Below are positions 39,734 through 51,615 of a DNA stretch of 64,000 nucleotides, one piece after another. The position numbers were made by a program, and so were the translations under genes. The DNA is taken from contig JAUCBJ010002979.1 of NCBI GenBank assembly GCA_032718475.1, positions 1,566 to 65,565 on the forward strand, in the 5' to 3' direction. This stretch comes from Nemertoderma westbladi (taxonomy: Eukaryota > Animalia > Xenacoelomorpha). The notes beneath the pieces are model-generated. The model was not told the DNA's origin, searched no databases, and saw nothing but the letters and a program-made list of their open reading frames with translations. Each line of letters starts with the position of its first letter. Positions within the stretch are counted from its first letter, which is position 1.

Positions 39734-39927
39734 CATATTCATCACTGGAAGCTTCGCTACTAAGACCACTGTCACTAGATGGCAGCATCTTCTGGAGTTT
39801 CATCAATCTCTTCGATTTCTCATTCGGTTTATCGCCATCTCCGTAACCCCCCGATGGATCGTAAGGCTCTATGTATTCCAGATTATCTTGGCTAACATCC
39901 AACTGCTTTTTAAGCATTTGCATTGAT
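39734..39927 (-). CDS. Uncharacterised protein, exon 5
   Basis: tttttag| acceptor, |gttggt donor. Encodes SMQMLKKQLDV...SSEASSDEY, phase 2/1. Confidence 0.7.
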
Positions 39928-40129
39928 CTAAAAATAAATGCAGTTCTTACGGTTTAGGTGATGTAACTTTTTTAATACATTTTCGAAGATTAAATATGTA
40001 TTAACGGAATCTCTGGAATTTTGGCTGAGTTAGGATACAGTATAGATCGCCCTATATTTACATACCCTTAGCACAATGGACTAACTTTACAAAATTTCCC
40101 CTTGATTTTGCGATCTTTCGAAAAAACTA

Positions 40130-40226
40130 TTAATAGACCTATGTTGTTTGTTAATAGACCTATGTTAATATTAATAGACCTATGTTAATATTAATAGACC
40201 TATGTTAATATTAATAGACCTATGTT
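40130..40226. repeat. 20-bp tandem repeat x~5
   Basis: Unit TTAATAGACCTATGTTAATA. Confidence 0.85.
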
Positions 40227-40291
40227 GCTATGTATGTTTATTTACATATAATTTACCTTTATTATTGTTATATATTGTGCTATTATAATAC

Positions 40292-40427
40292 CTGGTTGTT
40301 AAGGCCGGATCAACAAAATCATCGCCTCTTATTGACATCACTATAGTATCGTCAGCATCATCCTCGTAAGTTTCGGTAGATTCGTCATTTACAAATGTAT
40401 CATCGTCGTCTTCTGGCCCAATCATTC
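40292..40427 (-). CDS. Uncharacterised protein, exon 4
   Basis: aaacag| acceptor, AG|gtatta donor. Encodes (R)MIGPEDDDDTFVNDE...DPALTT, phase 1/2. Confidence 0.7.
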
Positions 40428-40761
40428 CTGTTTATTATTATAATAATGAAATTCGAGAGTTCAGGATATTAATATTATAACAGTTACTAAGTACTTGTCG
40501 GGCCTACCATATATTAACTACTACTAACTGTTCTGGTTCTATTTTATATGTTAAACTGTTTTCGATCAACGGGTCTCTGTTTCCAAGCTACAGTACCATT
40601 AATAATAGCAGCGTTGCGGTAGGAATGTTGCTTACAGTTAACATCATCAGTTTTGTTGCTACAGTAGTTAATTACACTTACGCACAGGGAAGGCTTATGA
40701 AATGCTTTGACAAGTTCATTACACTTAATTAAGTAGATCATATTAAATGCTTTATACAGTT

Positions 40762-43700
40762 AGAGTCTATTAAATACTTTTGTCTTTAGTAATTCAACTG
40801 ACTTACGGGAGAGTCTATTAAATACTTTTGTCTTTAGTAATTCAACTGACTTTGGGAGATTCTATGAAACACTTTGTTGTTGGTCAATTCCGTTAGTAAT
40901 TCAACTGACTTACGGGAGAGTCTATTAAATACTTTTGTCTTTAGTAATTCAACTGACTTACGGGAGAGTCTATGAAACACTTTGTTGTTGGTCAATTCCG
41001 TTAGTAATTCAACTGACTTACGGGAGAGTCTATTAAATACTTTTGTCTTTAGTAATTCAACTGACTTACGGGAGAGTCTATGAAACGCTTTGTTGTTGGT
41101 CAATTCCGTTAGTAATTCAACTGACTTACGGGAGAGTCTATGAAACGCTTTGTTGTTGGTCAATTCCGTTAGTAATTCAACTGACTTACGGGGGAGTCTA
41201 TTAAATACTTTTGTCTTTAGTAATTCAACTGACTTACGGGAGAGTCTATGAAACGCTTTGTTGTTGGTCAATTCCGTTAGTAATTCAACTGACTTACGGG
41301 GGAGTCTATTAAATACTTTTGTCTTTAGTAATTCAACTGACTTACGGGAGAGTCTATTAAACGCTTTGTTGTTGGTGAATTCCGTTAGTAATTCAACTGA
41401 CTTACAGGAGAGTCTATTAAATACTTTTGTCTTTAGTAATTCAACTGACTTACGGGAGAGTCTATTAAACGCTTCGTTGTTGGTCAATTACGTTAGTAAT
41501 TCAACTGACTTACGGGAGAGTCTATGAAACGCTTTGTTGTTGGTCAATTCCGTTAGTAATTCAACTGACTTACGGGGGAGTCTATTAAATACTTTTGTCT
41601 TTAGTAATTCAACTGACTTACGGGAGAGTCTATGAAACGCTTTGTTGTTGGTCAATTCCGTTAGTAATTCAACTGACTTACGGGGGAGTCTATTAAATAC
41701 TTTTGTCTTTAGTAATTCAACTGACTTACGGGAGAGTCTATGAAACGCTTTGTTGTTGGTCAATTCCGTTAGTAATTCAACTGACTTACGGGGGAGTCTA
41801 TTAAATACTTTTGTCTTTAGTAATTCAACTGACTTACGGGAGAGTCTATGAAACGCTTTGCTGTTGGTCAATTCCGTTAGTAATTCAACTGACTTACGGG
41901 GGAGTCTATTAAATACTTTTGTCTTTAGTAATTCAACTGACTTACGGGAGAGTCTATGAAACGCTTTGTTGTTGGTCAATTCCGTTAGTAATTCAACTGA
42001 TTTACGGGAGAGTCTATTAAATACTTTTGTCTTTAGTAATTCAACTGACTTTGGGAGAGTCTATGAAACGCTTTGTTGTTGGTCAATTCCGTTAGTAATT
42101 CAACTGACTTACGGGGGAGTCTATTAAATACTTTTGTCTTTAGTAATTCAACTGACTTACGGGAGAGTCTATGAAACGCTTTGTTGTTGGTCAATTCCGT
42201 TAGTAATTCAACTGACTTACGGGGGAGTCTATTAAATACTTTTGTCTTTAGTAATTCAACTGACTTACGGGAGAGTCTATGAAACGCTTTGTTGTTGGTC
42301 AATTCCGTTAGTAATTCAACTGACTTACGGGAGAGTCTATTAAATACTTTTGTCTTTACTAATTCAACTGACTTCGGGAGAGTCTATGAAACGCTTTGTT
42401 GTTGGTCAATTCCGTTAGTAATTCAACTGACTTACGGGAGAGTCTATGAAACGCTTCGTTGTTGGTCAATTCCATTAGTAATTCAACTGACTTACGGGAG
42501 AGTCTATTAAATACTTTCGTCTTTAGTAATTTAACTGACTTACGGGAGAGTCTATTAAATACTTTTGTCTTTAGTAATTTAACTGACTTACGGGAGAGTC
42601 TATGAAACGCTTTGTTGTTGGTCAATTCCGTTAGTAATTCAACTGACTTACGGGAGAGTCTATTAAATACTTTCGTCTTTAGTAATTCAACTGACTTACG
42701 GGAGAGTCTATTAAATACTTTTGTCTTTAGTAATTCAACTGATTTACGGGAGAGTCTATTAAATACTTTTGTCTTTAGTAATTCAACTGATTTACGGGAG
42801 AGTCTATTAAATACTTTTGTCTTTAGTAATTCAACTGACTTACGGGAGAGTCTATTAAACGCTTTGTTGTTGGTCAATTCCGTTAGTAATTCAACTGACT
42901 TACGGGGGAATCTATTAAATACTTTTGTCTTTAGTAATTCAACTGACTTACGGGAGAGTCTATGAAACGCTTTGTTGTTGGTCAATTCCGTTAGTAATTC
43001 AACTGACTTACGGGAGAGTCTATTAAATACTTTCGTCTTTAGTAATTCAACTGACTTACGGGAGAGTCTATTAAATACTTTCGTCTTTAGTAATTCAACT
43101 GACTTACGGGAGAGTCTATTAAATACTTTTGTCTTTAGTAATTCAACTGACTTACGGGAGAGTCTATTAAACGCTTTGTTGTTGGTCAATTCCGTTAGTA
43201 ATTCAACTGACTTACGGGGGAATCTATTAAATACTTTTGTCTTTAGTAATTCAACTGACTTACGGGAGAGTCTATTAAACGCTTTGTTGTTGGTCAATTC
43301 CGTTAGTAATTCAACTGACTTACGGGGGAATCTATTAAATACTTTTGTCTTTAGTAATTCAACTGACTTACGGGAGAGTCTATTAAACGCTTTGTTGTTG
43401 GTCAATTCCGTTAGTAATTCAACTGACTTACGGGGGAATCTATTAAATACTTTTGTCTTTAGTAATTCAACTGACTTACGGGAGAGTCTATTAAACGCTT
43501 TGTTGTTGGTCAATTCCGTTAGTAATTCAACTGATTTACGGGAGAGTCTATTAAATACTTTTGTCTTTAGTAATTCAACTGACTTACGGGAGAGTCTATT
43601 AAACGCTTTGTTGTTGGTCAATTCCGTTAGTAATTCAACTGACTTACGGGGGAATCTATTAAATACTTTTGTCTTTAGTAATTCAACTGACTTACGGGGA

Positions 43701-44259
43701 TTCTATTAAACGCTTTGTTGTTGGTCAATTCCGTTAGTAATTCAACTGACTTACGGGGGAATCTATTAAATACTTTTGTCTTTAGTAATTCAACTGACTT
43801 ACGGGAGAGTCTATTAAACGCTTTGTTGTTGGTCAATTCCGTTAGTAATTCAACTGACTTACAGGAGAGTCTATTAAATACTTTTGTCTTTAGTAATTCA
43901 ACTGACTTACGGGAGAGTCTATGAAACGCTTTGTTGTTGGTCAATTCCGTTAGTAATTCAACTGACTTACGGGAGAGTCTATTAAATACTTTCGTCTTTA
44001 GTAATTCAACTGACTTACGGGAGAGTCTATTAAATACTTTTGTCTTTAGTAATTCAACTGACTTACGGGAGAGTCTATTAAACGCTTTGTTGTTGGTCAA
44101 TTCCGTTAGTAATTCAACTGACTTACGGGGGAATCTATTAAATACTTTTGTCTTTAGTAATTCAACTGACTTACGGGAGAGTCTATGAAACGCTTTGTTG
44201 TTGGTCAATTCCGTTAGTAATTCAACTGACTTACGGGGGAGTCTATGAAACGCTTTGTT

Positions 44260-44298
<39 letters not shown>

Positions 44299-46829
44299 AT
44301 AGCCGTATATTTATTATTAAAGCTTGTAAAAACAGCTGATGCACATCAGATCGCATAGCAACCACCACCAACTACCAGACAAATATACACTGTTAAATTA
44401 ATACTACAGTTAGTATATGATACTGTCTGACTGTCCTCCAAACTTGGAGGGTTGTTATCCACAGTCGCCTACGCCGGGTTGCAGTCGGCATTGCTGTGGA
44501 TGATCGACTCCACGTCGCACCGAACCGGACGCCGCTTAGCTGATCGACAGCCGCGAAGGCACAGGAGGGCTGACCGCAAAAGGGCGAAACTCAACCTCCT
44601 GCGAACCCACACAACACACTCTGAATAGCGGACCTCGCGTTTGTCAGCCAGTTTCAACGCGAGACGCTTGATAAACTGTGTGGCTGACGGTGAAGCTCCA
44701 CCAAACGCAGAGAATATAAGGGGAGTGAAGCTGGCGTGCTCCACCTCCCTCAACCGCTCTTCGTATTTGAGCCTCTTGCGAGACTTATGGTGTAGGTGGG
44801 ATGCCGGAAGGGACATCGCGGCGTTGGTGTCCGCCAGCGGGTTGAAGACAGACACGTCGATGAACGTTTTCCGGAAACGGTTTCCCCAGAATCCGCTCAC
44901 CGACACATCCAGCCTCGCCTGCTGGTCCGTCGATGTCGACCGATGGCTGAACGTCTCGCCCGATAGTGGCTGCAGAAGCGGTTCCACCCCGACATTGTTT
45001 GAAACGCTTTGTTGTTGGTCAATTCCGTTAGTAATTCAACTGACTTACGGGAGAGTCTATTAAATACTTTTGTCTTTAGTAATTCAACTGACTTACGGGA
45101 GAGTCCATAAAACGCTTCGTTGTTGGTCAATTCCGTTAGTAATTCAACTGACTTACGGGAGAGTCTATTAAATACTTTTGTCTTTAGTAATTCAACTGAC
45201 TTACGGGAGAGTCTATGAAACGCTTTGTTGTTGGTCAATTCCGTTAGTAATTCAACTGACTTACGGGAGAGTCTATGAAACGCTTTGTTGTTGGTCAATT
45301 CCGTTAGTAATTCAACTGACTTACGGGAGAGTCTATGAAACGCTTTGTTGTTGGTCAATTCCGTTAGTAATTCAACTGACTTACGGGAGAGTCTATTAAA
45401 TACTTTTGTCTTTAGTAATTCAACTGACTTACGGGAGAGTCTATGAAACGCTTTGTTGTTGGTCAATTCCGTTAGTAATTCAACTGACTTACGGGAGAGT
45501 CTATTAAATACTTTTGTCTTTAGTAATTCAACTGACTTACGGGAGAGTCCATAAAACGCTTCGTTGTTGGTCAATTCCGTTAGTAATTCAACTGACTTAC
45601 GGGAGAGTCTATGAAACGCTTTGTTGTTGGTCAATTCCATTAGTAATTCAACTGACTTACGGGAGAGTCTATTAAATACTTTTGTCTTTAGTAATTCAAC
45701 TGACTTACGGGAGAGTCCATGAAACGCTTCGTTGTTGGTCAATTCCGTTAGTAATTCAACTGATTTACGGGAGAGTCTATTAAATACTTTTGTCTTTAGT
45801 AATTCAACTGACTTACGGGGAGTCCATGAAACGCTTCGTTGTTGGTCAATTCCGTTAGTAATTCAACTGACTTACGGGAGAGTCTATGAAACGCTTCGTT
45901 GTTGGTCAATTCCGTTAGTAATTCAACTGATTTACGGGAGAGTCTATTAAATACTTTTGTCTTTAGTAATTCAACTGACTTACGGGAGAGTCTATGAAAC
46001 GCTTCGTTGTTGGTCAATTCCGTTAGTAATTCAACTGATTTACGGGAGAGTCTATTAAATACTTTTGTCTTTAGTAATTCAACTGACTTACGGGAGAGTC
46101 TATGAAACGCTTTGTTGTTGGTCAATTCCGTTAGTAATTCAACTGACTTACGGGATAGTCTATTAAATACTTTTGTCTTTAGTAATTCAACTGACTTACG
46201 GGAGAGTCTATGAAACGCTTTGTTGTTGGTCAATTCCGTTAGTAATTCAACTGACTTACGGGATAGTCTATTAAATACTTTTGTCTTTAGTAATTCAACT
46301 GACTTACGGGAGAGTCTATGAAACGCTTTGTTGTTGGTCAATTTCGTTAGTAATTCAACTGACTTACGGGATAGTCTATTAAATACTTTCGTCTTTAGTA
46401 ATTCAACTGACTTACGGGAGAGTCTATGAAACGCTTTGTTGTTGGTCAATTCCGTTAGTAATTCAACTGACTTACGGGATAGTCTATTAAATACTTTTGT
46501 CTTTAGTAATTCAACTGACTTACGGGAGAGTCTATGAAACGCTTTGTTGTTGGTCAATTTCGTTAGTAATTCAACTGACTTACGGGATAGTCTATTAAAT
46601 ACTTTCGTCTTTAGTAATTCAACTGACTTACGGGAGAGTCTATGAAACGCTTTGTTGTTGGTCAATTCCGTTAGTAATTCAACTGATTTACGGGAGAGTC
46701 TATTAAATACTTTTGTCTTTAGTAATTCAACTGACTTACGGGAGAGTCTATTAAATACTTTTGTCTTTAGTAATTCAACTGACTTACGGGAGAGTCTATG
46801 AAACGCTTTGTTGTTGGTCAATTCCGTTA
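40762..46829 (-). repeat. Composite 60/48-bp minisatellite (~100 units) built from the exon 3/intron junction of the minus-strand gene
   Basis: Minus-strand units CGGAATTGACCAACAACAAAGCGTTTCATAGACTCTCCC|GTAAGTCAGTTGAATTACTAA (60 bp) and AGACAAAAGTATTTAATAGACTCTCCC|GTAAGTCAGTTGAATTACTAA (48 bp). Confidence 0.95.
44261..44999 (-). mobile_element. 5'-truncated CRE-like non-LTR retrotransposon with restriction-like endonuclease (RLE) C-terminus, poly(A) tail and ~15-bp TSD
   Basis: ORF 44469-44987 has ARLDVSVSGFWG...FIDVSVFNP...KRLKY...FTPLIFSAFGG, an RLE-type motif set. T-run at 44261-44293 is the poly(A). TGAAACGCTTTGTTG is duplicated at 44246-44260 and 45000-45014. Confidence 0.85.
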
Positions 46830-46889
46830 CATTTTCTTCTTCACTTAGACGTCGTAACTCCATTTTCTTCTGTGTTTTACGAATTTCCG
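46788..46889 (-). CDS. Uncharacterised protein, exon 3 (3' part is the founder unit of the 60/48-bp array)
   Basis: tcaacag| acceptor, CTCCC|gtaagt donor. Encodes AEIRKTQKKMELRRLSEEENVTELTNNKAFHRLS, phase 1/1. Confidence 0.72.
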
Positions 46890-46948
46890 CTGTTGAAATA
46901 TTTTCGGAATTTATAATAAAATTGTTGGTATTGGAAATATAGTAATGT

Positions 46949-47159
46949 GGAAGCAGGACAATTCGGTCCCGGACAATTCGGTCCTAGGACAATTCGGTCC
47001 TAGGACAATTCGGTCCCGGACAATTCGGTCCCGGACAATTCGGTCCCATTTATTTAGTGTTTTGGGACCGAATTGTCCGGGACCGAATTGTCCGGGACCG
47101 AATTGTCCGGACCGAATTGTCCGGGACCGAATTGTCCGGGACCGAATTGTCCTACATCC
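46949..47159. mobile_element. MULE-type palindromic MITE built of 15-bp units, 9-bp TSD TAGTAATGT
   Basis: GGAAGCAGGACAATT...AATTGTCCTACATCC. (GGACAATTCGGTCCY)x6 is followed by 6 inverted copies. TSD at 46940-46948 and 47160-47168. Confidence 0.85.
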
Positions 47160-47300
47160 TAGTAATGTACCTAAATCCAATTCTATATCGAATGACCATA
47201 ACCCCAGCTACCCAACCCACACCACGGTCCAACATTAACTACTGTACTGGGTGTTGTTCCCTCATACAGTAGTAAATTTACTTTGGTAGTCTATACTAAC

Positions 47301-47464
47301 CTAGATTCACCATTGGTTGTTTAGATGTGTCTTTAACTATCCTGTGTATCAATCTCAACCTCTTCATTGACTCACTAACATGATGTTCGTCCTCTTTCAT
47401 TCTATCGTCGTCGTTATCACCATCACTCTTGTCGTTAACGGATTGACGATATCGAAGACTATCA
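47301..47464 (-). CDS. Uncharacterised protein, exon 2
   Basis: ctgcag| acceptor, |gttagt donor. Open frame DSLRYRQSVNDKSDGDNDDDRMKEDE...QPMVNL. Confidence 0.7.
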
Positions 47465-47734
47465 CTGCAGAATTCAAGTAAATAAATTAATTTGTATTAT
47501 CTCTATTTATTGTAATATTAACAGATAGGCTTACCCAAAGAAAGGTTACCTGTTAAACATTTCATATGAAGAACCGTGGTATATTGAATTGCATTCTTAT
47601 TATAACCACTTAATTTCTTTGATTTGTTTACGAGATTGGGGGATATTAAAAAAGCTGTTCATAATCCTATTTAAATAATTATTAAAAGTTAGTGTGAGTG
47701 ATAGTTGTGTGAGTGGTACTTTTGTGTGTTGTAG

Positions 47735-47770
47735 CATGACCTACTATAACACCTGTTATAGTAGGTCATG
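47735..47770. mobile_element. 36-bp perfect palindromic mini-element with 7-bp TSD (P-superfamily-like CATG ends)
   Basis: GTTGTAG|CATGACCTACTATAACA-CC-TGTTATAGTAGGTCATG|GTTGTAG. Confidence 0.7.
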
Positions 47771-48114
47771 GTTGTAGTTTTGTGAGAGGTAGTTACTGTA
47801 TTGTGAGTGGTAGTTATTAGGAATGGTAGATATTAGGAATTGTGGTATGGAATGGTAGCTATTGTGAATGGTAGGGTAGAGGAGACGCAATCAAAATGGA
47901 ACAAGGGGAAATCGAAGCAATAACAATTACTGATTATGAGAAATATTATTATTTATTATATATATTTGTTGCTTTAATTCAGGCTCTAAAGGAGCAGCTC
48001 CTTTAAAAACCGGTAATGGAAACAGCACAAAGGTAAAACAGAGAAACCTGTAAAAAAACAAAGTAAAGCAAACAGTCAGCCGAGGCCGGAGGCGATGCGA
48101 AGACGCCGGAGTAG

Positions 48115-48188
48115 TTGACCCTGGCGGGGCTGAACCTACAACCATTAGATCGCAGGCCCGGCGCTCAACCAACTGAGCTACCTCGCCA
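48115..48188 (-). pseudogene. tRNA-like (SINE-head) sequence
   Basis: GGTAGCTCAGTTGGTTGAGCG (A box) and GGTTCAGCCCC (B box-like). The acceptor stem does not pair. Confidence 0.5.
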
Positions 48189-48331
48189 TTAACCTGAAAA
48201 ATATGATATGGTAAATAAAAATTTCCCTGTCTCAGGAATTAGACTATCCTTCTATACTTCACTTTGTATAGTACTTACTGGGTATAGTGGTCCCGGTCCG
48301 GTACTACGTAGGCCTACAGTACTACACAGAC

Positions 48332-48519
48332 CTGCTATCTCCATTCTGTAACATAGAGAAACTACTGGCTAGTAGAGACCCGGGATCCATTCCCTTCTCC
48401 CAGGCGTGCTCGGGCATAAGTGACGGCGTTTGTGATCGACCTTGTGAGCCGTTTAGGTGTCTGTGTGAACAAGTTTCATCCGAACTATTTGATTTATCGT
48501 CTTCTGCAATATCTCCCAT
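48332..48519 (-). CDS. Uncharacterised ~818-aa protein, exon 1
   Basis: AAACCATGG start and AG|gtctgt donor. Phase 2 fits the next exon. Confidence 0.6.
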
Positions 48520-49741
48520 GGTTTTTTTTTATAGATGCGAAGTAATTAGAACCAAATTATATCGACAATGGGGTTTATTATTACATAATTCGTAGTATTT
48601 TTTGTTATAAATAGTTTATTTATATAAATCGCTTCATTTCTATTACAACTTGGCGAGAATTTAGTACAAATTTAACTAACAACATAACGATTGTATTAAC
48701 TTTACGTAGAAGATTAGTTAATCGATTTTAGTACTTCAAATCGATATAAAACAAACTTAGCGGTCTTTACTAAATTTTGTATTCTGGTGAAATAATGGGG
48801 CAAAATGACCGCAACATAAACTATGTGATTTGGGATTTACAATTTTTATTGAATTAATATAAACATCAAGGGAAAGAAGCAGGATTCAATTACGGTGTTT
48901 TCTAACCAAAATAATAAAATAAACTTTATTTCACTCGCGGTCAGTTTGCGCCACTATCTGTTGTAGGCCTAGGTATTAATTCCTGCTAAGATCTATAAAC
49001 TTAATTAAGTAGAAAACATTTAGATAAGTATATTTGTGCCAAACGTTTTGCTATTTTGCAGTTTGTCTTAAGTTGTGGCAGAACCATGTATAATATTAAT
49101 AGTTGGACGTTGACAGGTATATATATATCTACAACAAAAACAATTCAAAATTAAATCCCTCTATATTACGTATAAGCAGTGTAGTTGAATATAACAGGTA
49201 TTTGTTGATTAGAGTATTGCATGTTAGGAGCCAAGATTTTTTTAAGACATTCCTCATTCTTATGTCCCGCTGTGCAACATATATGTGTTGATATTATCTA
49301 TATATTATTTGAACTTGGCAACCGCATCCATCTGAGGGATATAAAATTGAGCGGGTGATACTTTCATGTAACTCTTATCGATTACTGGAATGTTATATTT
49401 ACAAAGGTGAATGTGCTGTGCTGCCCAATAGGAATGTATACAAAGATATTACAAACTACATAACGAGTAAATTAGTGTAAGATGGAAATTATGACCGATC
49501 AATTTATAATGGGTGCCTTAATTAATGGTATGATAAACTTGCAAACAATAACTTCTTATATAAGTTACTTCCTTCCGAAAAGGCAAGTTAATTACTGGAA
49601 AACCAACGAACCATATTAGTTGATACTCAATCAGGGACGCCATCTAACATAACTAACAGAAATGTGCCAGTTCTATATTTATATTATGTATTTATTACAC
49701 AGTCGTGATTTCTACTAATTCAAAAAATTACTTTTTTAGCA

Positions 49742-50736
49742 TTCTACCAACCTACAGTACCAACCAACCGACCTACCAAGATACCGACCTAACAACATGC
49801 CAACCTACCGACTTACCAACCTACCAACAGGCCGACATCCAACCTTCCATCCTACCAACCTACAGTACCAACCAACCGACCTTCCATCCTACCAACCTAC
49901 AGTACCAACCTACCGACCGAGCTACCAATCTTACAACATACCGACCTACCAACATACCGACCTACCAATATACCGACCTGCCAACCTACCGATCTACCAA
50001 CATACCGTCCTACCAACAAAGTGACCTAACAACATACCGACCTACCAATATACCGACCTGCCAACCTACCGATCTACCAACATAGCGAACTACCAACATA
50101 GTGACCTACCAACATACCGATCTACCAACCAAGCAACATACCGACCTATAAACCGGCCAACCTGCCGACCTACCAACCTACCGACTTACCAACCCACCGA
50201 CCTACCCACTTACCAACCTACCGACCTATAAACCTGCCAGCCTACCGACTTACCAACCTACCGACAGACCAACCTACCGACGTACCAACCTACAGACCTA
50301 CCAACCAATCAACCTACCGACCTATAAACCTACTAACCTTCCGACTTACCAACCTACCGACTTACCAACCAATTAACCTACCGACCTATCAACCTTCCAA
50401 CCCACCGACTTACCAACCTACCGACCTATAAACCTGCCAGCCTACCGACTTACCAACCTACCGACTTACCAACCCACAGACCTAACAACCAATCAACCTA
50501 CCGACCTATAAACCTGCCAACCTACCGACTTGCCAACCTACCGATCTGCCCACTTACCAACCTACCAACCTATAAACCTGCCAACCTACCGACTTACCAA
50601 CCTACCGACCTATCGACTCACCAACCTACAGACCTACCAACCAATCAACCTACCGACCTATAAACCTGCCAACCTACCGACTTACCAACCTACCGAAATA
50701 TCAACCTATCGACTTGCCATCCTACCGACCTACCAA
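49742..50736. repeat. Degenerate 8-mer-based repeat (CCTACCAA/CCTACCGA/CTTACCAA)
   Basis: Strongly C/A-skewed tract of about 1 kb. Confidence 0.85.
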
Positions 50737-51615
50737 TCGAACGTGAGTGGGTCTAATAATTGGATGGCTTGGTTGGTCGCTTATAACTCTTCTGCTACTG
50801 AGGGTCTTGGATTCGGAGATCTGTCGACCAACTTCGAATACTAAAGCGGAAGGCGGTTGCATTATGGCCTGTATTGAATAAACTACCAAGGGTATAAAAT
50901 TAGCTGGAATCACTCGTTTTCACTGAACGTAAAATTAACGGTCAGCAGTGGATCATACTCTCTGCTATATGGTAACCCATGCTTGGCTCAAGCTGAAATG
51001 ACACCAGATATCTTGTTGGTAGATACAGACTAGGATACTGCAGGGTTTGTGGCATACAGTAGAGTGCAATGCCACGTAACAAACGAGGCGCAGTACACTC
51101 TCGGGAGAGAATCGACAAAACGCAGCAAAACCCGGAAGGATCTACGGAAGCGACTTGACGGTCACTGCCATTGCAAATACCTACCGGTATAAACAGTAGG
51201 TGATGATCTCGTTCTAAAATAAACGGTTGGCGAGAGGAGGGAAGGTGGTGGTCGGCCATTGACATTCATAAAATAAAAAGAAAAAGAAAAGAAAATAAAA
51301 TAAAAAGAAACTGATCTTGGTAATGCAGATGAATTGGGGATTTACATGGCGGATCGCGACGTGTGGAGTTGTTGAGATGCGGGGCCAACCCGTATATTAT
51401 ATGCTTATGTAATTATTTTGCAGTTTTGCATAAGTGGTACGGCTGGTGCCTAGTATGGATGAGTTGAGTCCAGCCAATGCATTTATCAGAAGTGGATGAA
51501 AAGATGTAGCATCTGTAAGAACTGTTTGTGGTTTTGGATGGAGAGATGTAACCCCAACCACTGATTGTACCAACTACTACTACTACGATCGGCATGCTGC
51601 ATTGCAGCTGCATTT

